From NCBI RefSeq assembly GCF_000400465.1, contig NW_008806282.1, forward strand, positions 206,001 through 268,000: DNA of 62,000 nt, read 5' to 3'. Each line of letters starts with the position of its first letter. Within the stretch, counting starts at the first letter, position 1. Both the position numbers and the translations under genes were made by a program. The notes under the pieces are model-generated. The model was not told the origin of the DNA. It searched no databases and was given only the letters and a program-made list of their open reading frames with translations. The stretch is from Wallemia ichthyophaga EXF-994 (Eukaryota > Fungi > Basidiomycota). This document shows, piece by piece, positions 11,101 to 22,343 of the stretch.

Positions 11101-12249
11101 CAACATTACAGGAAGATGATGGTGAACTGGTTTATGACTTGGTCTCAATCCCCAGCGAGAGTATATCTATGATTACCAAATTCACAATGAAGGATGTGAG
11201 TGGGGTGTCCGAGGGTGTTTATTATTCTCACTTTACTTTTCAGCTCGATGTGTCTGCTATCGTAGATCACCATCGCAAGTCTGCTCTACAGGGTTGTGCA
11301 GACTATTTGAAGGAGCTTCTTCCTACGCTCAGCAACAATGCCACACTGACGGACAGATCGCTGGAGATCGACTGGTCAAAGTTGAGAGGATTGGAATTCC
11401 ACGAAGCGTTATCAGAGAGGGAGAGGTTAATGACGAAAGTGCGTGATCTCATACCGCTCACCGCTTTACCGGAGTTTGATTCTCAATATGCGCATCTACA
11501 TGTGGAAAGCGGATTGAAAAATCAGGTGGCTTATCTTAGAGCATCAATCAGTGATCAGAATTTGGAGCTGCTTCCTGATTACGAGAATAGAATCAATGCA
11601 TTGAAGGAAATGCAGTACATTGACCAAAAATCTACCGTTCAATTGAAAGGAAGGGTTGCTTGCGAGGTTAGTGGAGGTTTCTTGAATTGAATAGCAACTC
11701 ACCACTCAACACCTTACAGATCAACTCTGCCCATGAACTCATCCTCACCGAGCTAATTTTGGAGAATACGTTCGCCGCCTATGAGCCAGAAGAGATGGTG
11801 GCGCTGCTTTCGTGTTTCTTATTCCACGAGAAGACGGAAGTGGAGCCTGTGATTCCGCCAAAGTTGGAAGAGGTGGGTATTTTCAGGATTTGGCCCACAT
11901 TACTGACCCTGCGTAGGGTCGTGATACTATCTTTGCTATAGCAGATAAGGTGCAAAGAGTACTCGAACGCAACAAGGTAGAATCTGAAGATTTCGAAACA
12001 TCGCTTAAGTTCGGATTAGTGGAGGTTGTTTATGAATGGGCTAAGGGTATGCCGTTTGAGCAGATCACACAATTGACAGATGTGCCAGAAGGTACGATCG
12101 TCAGGGTAATCACAAGATTGGATCAGACTTGTTTGGAGGTTAGAGATGCAGCTAGAGTGATTGGAGATGCTGCACTTTTCCAAAAGATGGAGGCGTGTCA
12201 GACAATGATCAAGAGAGATATTATCTTTGCTGCTAGTCTGTATGTTTAG
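8107..12249 (+). CDS. SKI2: Ski2 antiviral/exosome-associated DExH RNA helicase, multi-exon
   Basis: Motifs [65 protein letters not shown] and C-terminal [17 protein letters not shown]. The start could be 7969, 7972 or 8107. Confidence 0.95.
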
Positions 12250-13034
12250 AATGTATATTGCGAGGAGGAGTTGGATCAGATTTTCAATGCATTGTTTTTA
12301 CGAAGAATTGTTAAGAGCTATGTGCATAACGTGTCTTGTGTAACAAAACAAAGACGTTTTGACATTTACCGAGCAAATCAGAGTGAATACTTGAATCCAT
12401 GCTCTCCCCTAATCTCTCTATAAGATCAAAACACCTCGAACCATTTACGGTTCCATTCACCACAACAATATAAATTGGGAACATGCCATACAAGCCATAT
12501 CAAGACGATCCAACGAGAAGAACAATATTCACACCATCGGAGGAACTTCTGTTGATGTTTGGAAATCTATTGCCAAATCTCGCGAGGACGTCGCATCACT
12601 TCGGATACAAGGACGACAAGCTATGTGGTTGCTGAAACTCACTTAGTATAGCTGTATTAAGGAAGTACATGGAATCGGGTTCCCAATTCACGTTGGTGCA
12701 GCTGTATCAAGCAAACCAAGACAGAATCCGCTTAACACTGAATAGTAAACACGAGGGCTCTTGTCAACGTTCTCGCAAAGACGTACGGATGGTTCGAGGA
12801 CGATAAGGTTATTCGGAGGAAGCTTGTTAAGGCTAAGCTGGATAAGTACGGTCGCTTTGAGTTGATTATTGCTTCTTGTAGCCTACACTTAGGCTTGCAT
12901 GCATTTTACTGCAAATCGCTGTGCTGGAAGTCTATGACAAGCGAACGAACGAACCAAACAAAGAACACATTGATTGCAATGCATAATAATAATATTACAT
13001 GATAGCACCATTCTATTGAAATATCCACATCTAA

Positions 13035-14139
13035 TCAATCAAAAACGACTGTCTTGTGTCCTGAGAGAAGCACTCTATGTTCAGAAACCCATTTAACAGC
13101 TCTTGCGAGTACAATAGACTCAACATTCGATCCTACGTGCGAGAGTGATTTTGGATTGAGTGTGTGGTCGACTCTCTCGACACCCTGTTCGATTATTGGA
13201 CCTTCGTCGAGGTCTGATGTGACAAAGTGTGCTGTTGCACCGATAAGCTTCACACCTCTATCGTAAGCCTGGTGGTATGGTCTGTGTTGGGTTGAAAGTG
13301 TAAGCAGTGCTCACCGGCGCACTAAACTCAATTACTCACTTTGCACCCTTGAATGAAGGAAGGAACGAGTGATGAATGTTTATAATACGTCCACTCATCT
13401 CCTTACATAGTTTTGGCGATAGGACTTGCATGTAACGGGCTAAAACAATGTAATCAATCTTGTGTTCTTTTACGAGTTTCAGGAGCTCCTCTTCCTGCTG
13501 CTCCTTCGTATCGCGATTGACTGGCAAGTGCAAGAAAGGGATCTCGTAGCTCTTGGCCAGTGATTGGTAGGTAGGATGATTACTGACGATCAGCGGTATC
13601 TCAATTGGGATTTGATCTGCTGAGGCTCTGAAGAGTAAATCGTTGAGACAGTGACCAATCTTTGAAACCATAACCATAACCTTTGGCTTGTTTGATGCTA
13701 CATGCATATGCCATTCAAGACCAATGTTTTCAGCGAGTTTACCGAATTCTCGTCTCAGAGGCGCTATATCCAAACCATTTTGAGCTTGGGCAGTGATTCT
13801 CATGAAAAAGCGATTAGAAGTTGGATCCAAGAACTGATCGGAGGAGAGAATGTTGTGGTGGTTGTTGTACAGAAACTCGGAAACATTCTTGACAACGCCG
13901 AGCTGATCTTGACAGCTCAGAGTGAGTACTATTGAGTTCTCTGGCTGTGAAACCTTGGGACTGAGTAATCCTTTTACTTTTCCCTGGTTAATTAGTGTAT
14001 CCGTTTCCGGGGTGAACCTTGGGACGGTCGTGGACAGATATCTGGATGGAGTAGACAGTGCTATTGGGGCGAGTGAGGGTGATCTTCTTATACATGATCT
14101 CGCCACGCTTCTCGTGAGCGTTGTTGCTGGTAATCTCAT
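13035..14139 (-). CDS. purU: Formyltetrahydrofolate deformylase (PurU) with predicted mitochondrial presequence, one intron
   Basis: ACT-like N-domain ([10 protein letters not shown]), [35 protein letters not shown]|PYHQAY and [21 protein letters not shown]-terminus is Arg/Ser/Thr-rich ([20 protein letters not shown]). Confidence 0.92.
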
Positions 14140-14668
14140 GGCGTTGATGAAAATGAAGAGAGAAGACATCATTTTGTTGTGTCGGTGTGGAAAATTTCGC
14201 GGAATTGAGGAGCGTGTGAGAGTTTGCGTGAGTATTAGAGAGGTATTAGGATGCTTCTGCTGCTACTACTTCCGCTGCTCCGATAGATGGAATATATGTC
14301 AAGTCCTCGGAAAGCATTGGATGGAAAAAGCACTAAATCAGCCGGTAGACGATCATTATCGGGGTGCATCTGAGTAATTCAATAAACAAATATCAAACTT
14401 CCGAGCTTCTGATGTAGCTCCAGGTACAACAATCCTAGCAATCCCAGCAATCCAAACAAGCTTACAAGGGTTAAAAAGCATAAAAAGCACAAAATTATGA
14501 GATGATATGAGGCTTGTAAGTGATGCCTGTTAAATCACCTCAAATATCCCCATGTTAGACGATCTTCTCCGGCGGTAAACAACAAAGCAAAAGGCAGCCA
14601 TACAAATACAATACAATCAGCGCAGCCATCGCCCAAACCGACAATACAAAACACAAAATACGCAGATC

Positions 14669-14706
14669 TGACTCCGCCAAATTGTGACTCGACCGACCCA
14701 ACCAAT
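14669..14706 (+). promoter_or_regulatory. Two TGACTC (Gcn4/Cpc1-type) motifs plus CCAAT upstream of ASN1
   Basis: TGACTC at 14669-14674 and 14685-14690, CCAAT at 14702-14706, ATG at 14745. Confidence 0.4.
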
Positions 14707-14744
14707 CAGTGCTCGCCTGTCTTCTTCAAACTTCGACAACGAAA

Positions 14745-16659
14745 ATGTGTGGAATATTTGGAGTATGCGGGTTAGAAAACCCAGGAGAATACAGAAGCAA
14801 GTGCATTGAATGCGTAAAAGCAATTAGACATCGTGGACCTGATTGGTCTGGTGTTCATCAGGGCAAAGACTTTATCGTCGCACACGAGAGGTGAGAGGTG
14901 GGAGCAGCGTTAGGTCCAATCCCCTCACACGCCCTAGACTTGCCATCGTTGGCGTCGACACAGGCGCTCAGCCTATCGTCAGCGAAGACGAGAAGATTAT
15001 TCTTGCAGTGAATGGAGAAATCTACAACCACAAGCAATTGAGACATGGTTTAAAGGATAAGAACGCTGTGTTCAAGACTCACTCAGATTGTGAAGTTATC
15101 ATTCATTTGGTGGGTTTTTGGTCCTTTGGTGGCTTCACCTGGATTCTTACATTCCCTAGTACCGCGAACACGGCCCACAGGCAGCTGGTCTTCTCGATGG
15201 AATGTTCAGCTGGACGTTGTTCGACACCAACTACCCACAAACCAGGGTTATCGCCGCTAGAGACCCAATTGGTATCACCACTCTCTACCAAGGCTGGAAC
15301 TCCTCAAAGCCAGGCGCTGTTTATTTCGCATCTGAATTAAAATCATTGCACACGGAATGTGACAAGATTATTTCATTCCCACCTGGTCACTTTTACGACT
15401 CACTTACAGGTAATACTGAGCGTTACTACAACCCACCATGGTGGAACGGTGACCAAGAAGACGCTTCAGCCCCAACAAAGCCAGTTGACTTGACTGTGTT
15501 GAGAGAAAGCTTGGAGGCTGCCGTCCGTAAGCGTCTGATGAGTGAAGTTCCATACGGTGTTCTTCTCTCAGGTGGTTTGGATTCCTCTCTTATTGCTGCC
15601 ATCGCTGCTAGAGAGACTGAAAAGGTGCAAAAAGCTCAATACGAAGCTCGTAAGTTACGCACTGAAGGTAGCGCTTCACCAGCCAAGTACCCAGAGCAGG
15701 ATGAAGATCGTACTTTAGCGGCATGGCCAACCCTTCACTCATTCTCTGTTGGTTTGCCAGGATCCCCTGATTTACTTGCTGCTCGCAAAGCTGCTGCTTT
15801 CTTGGGCACGACACACCACGAATTTACTTTCACTGTTCAAGATGGTATTGATGCGCTCAAAGATGTCATTTATCACCTTGAAACGTACGATGTAACAACA
15901 GTGAGAGCATCAACACCAATGTACCTGATGTCTAGGAAGATCAAGGCTATTGGTGGGTGAAGATTAGTGTGGTGCCAAACAAACTAACCAGGTCTCATAG
16001 GTGTCAAGATGGTTCTCTCTGGAGAGGGATCAGATGAAATTTTCGGTGGTTACCTTTACTTCCATGCTGCACCATCTAGAGAGGCGTTCCATCAAGAATT
16101 GGTCAAGCGTATCAAGAACCTTCACACTGCAGACTGCTTGCGTGCTAACAAATCTACCATGGCATGGGGTTTGGAGGCTAGAGTGCCGTTCCTCGATCAG
16201 AGTTTCCTCAACGAAGCCATGTCGGTCGACCCACAAGAAAAGATGTTCAGCAAAGACACAATGAAGAACCTCGACGCGGAAGGTAGATCGAGAATGGAGA
16301 AGTACATAATCCGTAAGGCATTCGATATTGAAGTTGGAGGTAAGCCATACCTCCCAGAATCAATTTTATGGCGTCAAAAGGAGCAATTTAGTGATGGTGT
16401 TGGATATTCATGGATCGACGGAATCAAAGATTTCACAGCTGAGCAAGTGTCTGACCAAGACTTTGCTAAGCGTTCGGAGCGTTTCCCACATGACACACCA
16501 GACACTAAAGAGGCATACTGGATCAGAGAGACATTTGAAAGCTTGTTCCCATCGAAGACGGCAGCGGAGACGGCAGTAAGATGGATTCCAAAGGGGGAGT
16601 GGGGATGTTCGGCAGACCCAAGTGGTCGTAGTGTTGCCATCCACGAAAAGGCATATTAA
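14745..16659 (+). CDS. ASN1: Glutamine-hydrolysing asparagine synthetase, multi-exon
   Basis: Motifs [52 protein letters not shown] and [12 protein letters not shown]. Confidence 0.95.
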
Positions 16660-16786
16660 GTGGGTGTTAGACGATAAGGGTGAAAATTTTAAAAGAAAAG
16701 AAAAACAATGTTGTTTATGTTATTATTAGTACATGATTTCGTAGCTGAATTGTGTTTACTTTAATAAAGTGATTACGTGAATGTCG

Positions 16787-17172
16787 TTACTTTGAGGGTG
16801 TTTTCACAAGGAGGCGGAAGATGCCGGCGGAGATCATGCCTGGGAGGGGAGTGAGTGTATAGGACTGGGGCAGTACAAGCACTCACCAATACCAAATACG
16901 GCTAAACCAGTACCTCTTAAGCCGCCTTTACCGGCAACGCCTCTCCCGAGACCTTGAACAGTTGCGTTTCCTTCGACACCTTTGCCAGTGCCAGACAATC
17001 TATCGAAAGCGCCGTGTTTCTTCGCTTCATAGAGAGAAAAAGCACCTGCGCCAGTGAAGACAGCTGCACCGGTTACTCGGCACTGGAGGCAGTCGCGGTC
17101 GTAGCCTTGGTTGTGTGGAAGTGCAGAAGGTGCTTGTGCTCGTGGGTTTCCGAAAGGACCAGCGCCATCCAT
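16787..17172 (-). CDS. Small membrane protein, DUF4536/DMAC1-like, 2 exons
   Basis: DCLQCRVTGAAVFTGAGAFSL motif, then a second hydrophobic helix completed after an intron (GLAVFGIG|MISAGIFRLL). Stop at 16787-16789. Confidence 0.65.
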
Positions 17173-17385
17173 TTTCAAATTTAAATTAGATGATGGTTTG
17201 GGATAAAGAATATAAATACTCTGATTGATCGTGTGATTTCATTTCTTTTGATCAACTGAGTCTGTGGCAAGTGTGACAGGGCGAACCGAGCTATGAATGC
17301 AGATAACGAATAAATGTATTTATCTTTTATTTTCATTGGTACTGTATATGCAATCTGAGCTCTGTACTCTGTACTCTGTGCTCTC

Positions 17386-18895
17386 ATGCCTCTCCAGCAA
17401 ACACCGCGGCTTCTAAGCATATGGACGAGTAGACTGCCAAACACAGCCAAATCAAACACCAACGGCTCTCTCAGCGGCCTCTCTATGGCTGTGAAGGATG
17501 TCTTCTGGACTACTGAGCTCCCAACAACCGCTGCGTCTAAGATGCTCCGTGATTTCCACCCAGAAGAAGACGCTGAGTGCGTCAGTTTGGCTAGAGCTGC
17601 TGGCGCTTGCTTGATCGGCAAGACCAATTGCGATGAGTTCGGCATGGGTTCCTCTAACAGATTCTCTCACTTTGGTCCTGTTCTACACCCCCTCTCTTCC
17701 GATAGACTCGCTGGTGGCTCCTCTGGCGGTTCTGCCGCTGCTGTTGCTCTCAACCAATCCTCTTTCGCCCTCTCAACGGACACTGGTGGCTCCACACGCT
17801 TGCCCGCCTCTTATTGCGGAGTTGTCGGCCTCAAACCCTCGTACGGTCTTATTTCGCGTTATGGCTTGATCCCCTATGCGGAATCACTCGATTGCGTTGG
17901 AATAATGGCTAAAAGCGTGCATACTGTAAACAGGGTGTTTGGTCCGTCGCTAATTCGTCTCCCGCTCCATCTGATACACTATAGATGTCCTATCGCAGTA
18001 TGACGAAAAGGATCCCACTTCTGAATCGACTGAGCTGCGCAAAAGCGCTCGCGAGGCTGCTCAAAGTGTCAGGCAGAGCACCGATACCTGGAGGATCGGC
18101 CTGCCCGAGGTGTGTGGATTGACATACACGGAAATGAGTATAATCTCACCACTGAAAGTAGGAATTGTTCACCAGCAAGCCATCAGATGCCCTGTCTGAG
18201 GTGCTCGATACCCTAATAAGGAAGGGTGCGACTGATGGCAAGCGTGTCGAGCTGTACCAGGTCTCTCTCCCGACAACCACGCTCGCTCTGAACGCCTACT
18301 ATGTTATTGCAAGTGCCGAGGCATCCAGCTCGCTTGCGAGGTATGACGGTATGCGATATGGTGAGCGCTCCTCTCCACATCTCTGCTCCATACAACGCAA
18401 CTCACATTCAATCTAGGGTACAGGAGCGAAAGTGGTTCGATACACGACACTCGCGAGGAGGGCTTTGGCGAAGAAGTCAAGCGACGCATCACATTAGGCA
18501 ATTTGGTCCTCTCTGCTGACTCCTTGGACAACTACTACCTCAATGCACAGCGCGCACGGACGGAGATTGTAAACGACTTTAATGGTCTGTTTAGGATGCC
18601 CAATGCACGCACTGCAACAGATGCTGTCCCAGACGGGATAGATGTCCTCATACATCCTACCGCTGTCTCGGGACCACCTCTCGTCGACTCACACGACGCT
18701 GCAGATTACGCCCAAGACCTCCTCACCACTCCGGCAAGCTTGGCTGGCTTGCCCGCCCTCAATGTCCCGATCGGTGTTGACAGCCAAGGCTTCCCGCAGG
18801 GTGTGTCGGTTGTCGGTCAGTGGGGCTGTGAGCAGTGTGTGTTTGGGGTAGCTAAGGAACTGGAGACTGCGAATGCTAGTGTTGGTGGTGTATAG
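17386..18895 (+). CDS. HER2: Glutamyl-tRNA(Gln) amidotransferase subunit A, mitochondrial (amidase family)
   Basis: Motifs [61 protein letters not shown] and [13 protein letters not shown]. Confidence 0.88.
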
Positions 18896-18988
18896 AATGT
18901 CGTTGTATTGTTACACATAGAGATAAGTTATTAGCGTGATTCGAGCGAGTATCGAGTAGAGTGTCTCGGGTGGTATGAGCAAGTGTAA

Positions 18989-19502
18989 CTACTTCCTGCT
19001 ACGCATGAGACTGCCAACCAAGATGGCACCCAGCGCTACCGCCCCGCCGCTGATAGCTAGCCCAATGTATCCCTCTGCAGACAGTCAGCCACACCACACC
19101 TCACGCTCGTCCAAACCCACCTTTAGCCCACGCCTTATCGATAATCTGCCCCAGCGAGCGCGCTTGCAAATTATTAGGCTCCTTCTCAAGCAGGACGTCG
19201 TTCAACCTCTTCGCATCCGCGTAGTTGCTCACTTTGTAATTTCCTAGAGCGAGGTAATAGAGGCACTCACGTCTCCTCTCCGCCTCCTGCTTGTAGATTT
19301 CGCTGAGCAGCGCAACCCCCTCCGTCACCTCCTCCCGCTCCTTCGACTTGACAAGTCCCCACGCTAGGTTGAATTTCGTTTGCACTGACGTATGCCCGGC
19401 TTGCTCCTCTTTGTCGTACTGTATTCGAAGCACCTGTAGCTCACTCCTGCTCAGCGGCGTATTCACATCCACGGCGAATGGCAATTCAGCTGATGATGAC
19501 AT
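18989..19502 (-). CDS. FIS1: Mitochondrial/peroxisomal fission protein Fis1, 2 exons
   Basis: LPFAVD...[13 protein letters not shown]...[15 protein letters not shown], then a spliced tail anchor [28 protein letters not shown]. Confidence 0.93.
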
Positions 19503-19560
19503 TGTGGTGTGTGTTCAAGAGTGCTTTGCGTTTGTATTGCTGTACACGATCATGCAGTAT

Positions 19561-20425
19561 ATCAAAAATCATACTGTATCAATCCATCAATGCATACAAA
19601 GCTCATTTACTTCTTATTTAGATAGTCATAATAAATGCTCAGCGATGAGTACGTCATAGCACCCTAATGACTGCAACTTGAGCAATATTGCTATCGTTCT
19701 GTAGCGACTACGTTTTCGAAGAGTTGAAAGGTTTTCATATCTTGACTAGACTTGTTTAGCACTCTGTAAAGGTTAAACTAGTTTCCGCATATCTCAGGGA
19801 GAGCAATTTGTAATACAAAAGTATACATGGCTGATATCCTGACATCTGAGATTTCAACGAATCTTTGATCACCCTTTCATCCCCATTACTTTTTTTCGAA
19901 ATTCACTGATCAGAAGCTAAAACCCCCGGATTTTGGAGTTTTGATGACCCCCACTTTTATGTACCTTTATCTCTGCTTGAAAGTGTGAATTAAGGCAGCA
20001 TAGCAATCTCTTTCACTGGTCCCAGGTTTGATAACTGTGGACATCACGCAACCTACCATTTTTTCGCGATTATTGAGCCGAACAATTGAGATTTGTAGGT
20101 ACTTGCGCCTCTGCAAGTCAAAATAATTTGTTTTCATCAATGAAGCGCGTGAACTCCTCCGCATCTATCCTATGGTGTGCTCTAGAGCGATTTTGGACCA
20201 TTGCTTCCGATCGGCGTGCAGGGCGCAACTTGGCGCCGGAGATCTTATTCTGGCATAATCATATTCGATTTATCCAGAGCTACCTACAAAGCTTTTTCGT
20301 TTGGAGATCATCATAACTTAAAAACACCACCTGAAAGAAGATAGGTGGTGAAGGAGAAATTCCGAGTTGGCGGGTATTGAGCGGATGGCTGATAAGGGAA
20401 TAATTTTGGAATGCTAAAAGTGCTA
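19561..20425. repeat. Copy B of a diverged dispersed ~860 bp repeat; inverted partner at 43744-44602
   Basis: Seven colinear anchors shared with the reverse complement of 43744-44602, e.g. 20199-20212 / 43953-43966 (14/14), 20300-20313 / 43850-43863 (14/14) and 20405-20425 / 43744-43764 (20/21). Confidence 0.8.
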
Positions 20426-20599
20426 CTTAAACGTATACTGTAAATTTCCAAATAACATACACCAGCACACTTCCAAACCACTCTACTAATTCAACTAGTC
20501 CTGAGGTCATCCATCATTGACGTAGGGATGATGAAACTCAGCAGCTAAAAATCATAATGCAATACCACGTCTATTCTTTGTTACAATGCAAAATATAAA

Positions 20600-22313
20600 C
20601 TACCCAGCTTGACCAGCGAACTTCTTATCGTGACCTTTTTTGCGCTGAGCATTGCCCTGTTTCTCCTTGTTCTGGCGCTGACGATTATTGCCACTATGAC
20701 CAGCACCTTGCGTTGGAGCTCTACCTCTTCCGCCAGCACCACCACCTGCACCACCTCGACTAGCGCCTCTACCTCTTGAACCGCCTCTGGAATGCCTAGA
20801 CCTACCTTCCTGCACAGGTACATCTAAATTATTGTTTACGATATCCTTCTCCTGCGACAATCTTTGAATCTTGCGTGGATTCCTCATCACCTGCGAATAC
20901 CAGCCTTCTATTTGACTATCGTCGAGTCCACTAGCTTGACGCAGGCCTTCGCGCTCCTTCCCTCTGCGGGTGACGGAGGATTTGTCGAACACAGCGGCGT
21001 TTTCCTGGAAGGCCTTCTCCAAAATGCTGTAATCAACTTGTGGCGTAGCTGTGTCTGTCGATGCGCTACTAGCACTTGCCATCGGTCTGCTCCTGACAGC
21101 TAAAGCCATCTCTTCTTCATCTTCCAGTTGGTCTTCAGCTTCGGCTTCTATCTCCTCGATCTGCGCCTCTTCCGCCCTGCGCACGACGGATGCTTTGAGC
21201 TCCTCGCGCGCTGCATCGTCCATCGTGAGACCGAAGTTCCTGTGACGAATTGTTAGTTGAATTGATAGCAGACAGGATAAACGCCACCTACTTGGCTTTA
21301 CCGATGCGCAGTCTGCTGAAGTCAAGCTCATCCGCCTCGTCCGTGTCCCTAGGCTGTTCGACAGGCTCGTCCTGCGGGATGTGCACGGTACCCTCAAGCA
21401 ACGCCTCTACGAGAGCCTCTGGAGCGGCGTACTGCGGTAAGGTGAGCGCCTTCTCGACGAAAGATGGACTCTGGTCTGGGAAGATGTCCAACACGACATC
21501 GATGCGAGGGTCTCTGGTTGGTCTGGGTGGGAGATCTGGCACTGGTGGTGTTATTTCAGCCCCACTTGCACTCTTGCTAGGCAGATCTACATCCACATCC
21601 ATGACATCCAGCACGAGCAATTCTAATCTTTGACCGACGATCTGCAGATCGAAATTAGTAAGAGGGATAAGCAGCGTACTACTCTCAGTAGTTGTTTCGA
21701 AATCTGACATCATTGATGCATTCTTCAAAGGCCTGTCACTTAGCTCCGGTGGTGGTGTTCTGTCGAGTATGAAATTGAAGGCTTCTGATATCAGCGTTGC
21801 TGTGTTTGAATCATGCAAAGACTGTTGAAGCATGTTGTAGAGAATATCCATTACAACCAGCTTGTCTCCTCGCTCCAATTTGAGATAGATTCCATTGAGG
21901 TATCTGAACAAGACAAAGGCTGAATTCGCGAGAATGGCAGGGAAATTGATCGAGAAGCAGTGCAGCATATCTAACACTCTACCAAAGCGTCTGGCGGGAT
22001 TAGGCGTGAGGAGAATGTCGATATATTGCGTCAGTTCGAATGTCGTGTAGTGTGTAGATTGCGCAAGATGCTTCAAAGCTGTTACGTTGGTGCGGTGATA
22101 TGTACCAGCGAGGCATACGAGAGATTTTAGCGTCAGTCCCTTGCACCGTGCTTGCCGCTCAGCCAGCGTCAACACCACCGGCCGCACACTCGCATGCTCC
22201 GACTGGTCCTGGCAGGCGAACCAATCAAAGAGATCTTCCGCAGATCGATCACTAAGAGCCCTATTAGACTTGAGAATTTCGTTCAATTTTATATCGATTT
22301 TCCCCGCAGACAT
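20600..22313 (-). CDS. CUE-domain protein, ASCC2/Cue3 (Rqt3)-like ribosome quality control factor, 2 exons
   Basis: CUE-like IDVVLDIFPDQSPSFVEKAL...LVEALLE, an acidic middle region, and an RGG-rich tail ending RKKGHDKKF, as in fungal ASCC2 homologs. Confidence 0.7.
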
Positions 22314-22343
22314 TGGTTGTTGAGCAACAACGACGTCGAGGAG

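Noticed and set aside
12790-12800. GGTTCGA, resembling a tRNA T-loop
   Set aside because: I could not fold a cloverleaf or find an A-box around it.
13035-14139. purU as a recent horizontal transfer from bacteria
   Set aside because: It has a spliceosomal intron, a presequence and host-like composition, and PurU homologs are known in other fungi.
1656-19502. Peroxisome-related grouping (PEX8-like, AKR with cryptic PTS1, FIS1)
   Set aside because: Only three loosely related genes over 18 kb, with unrelated genes between them; consistent with chance.
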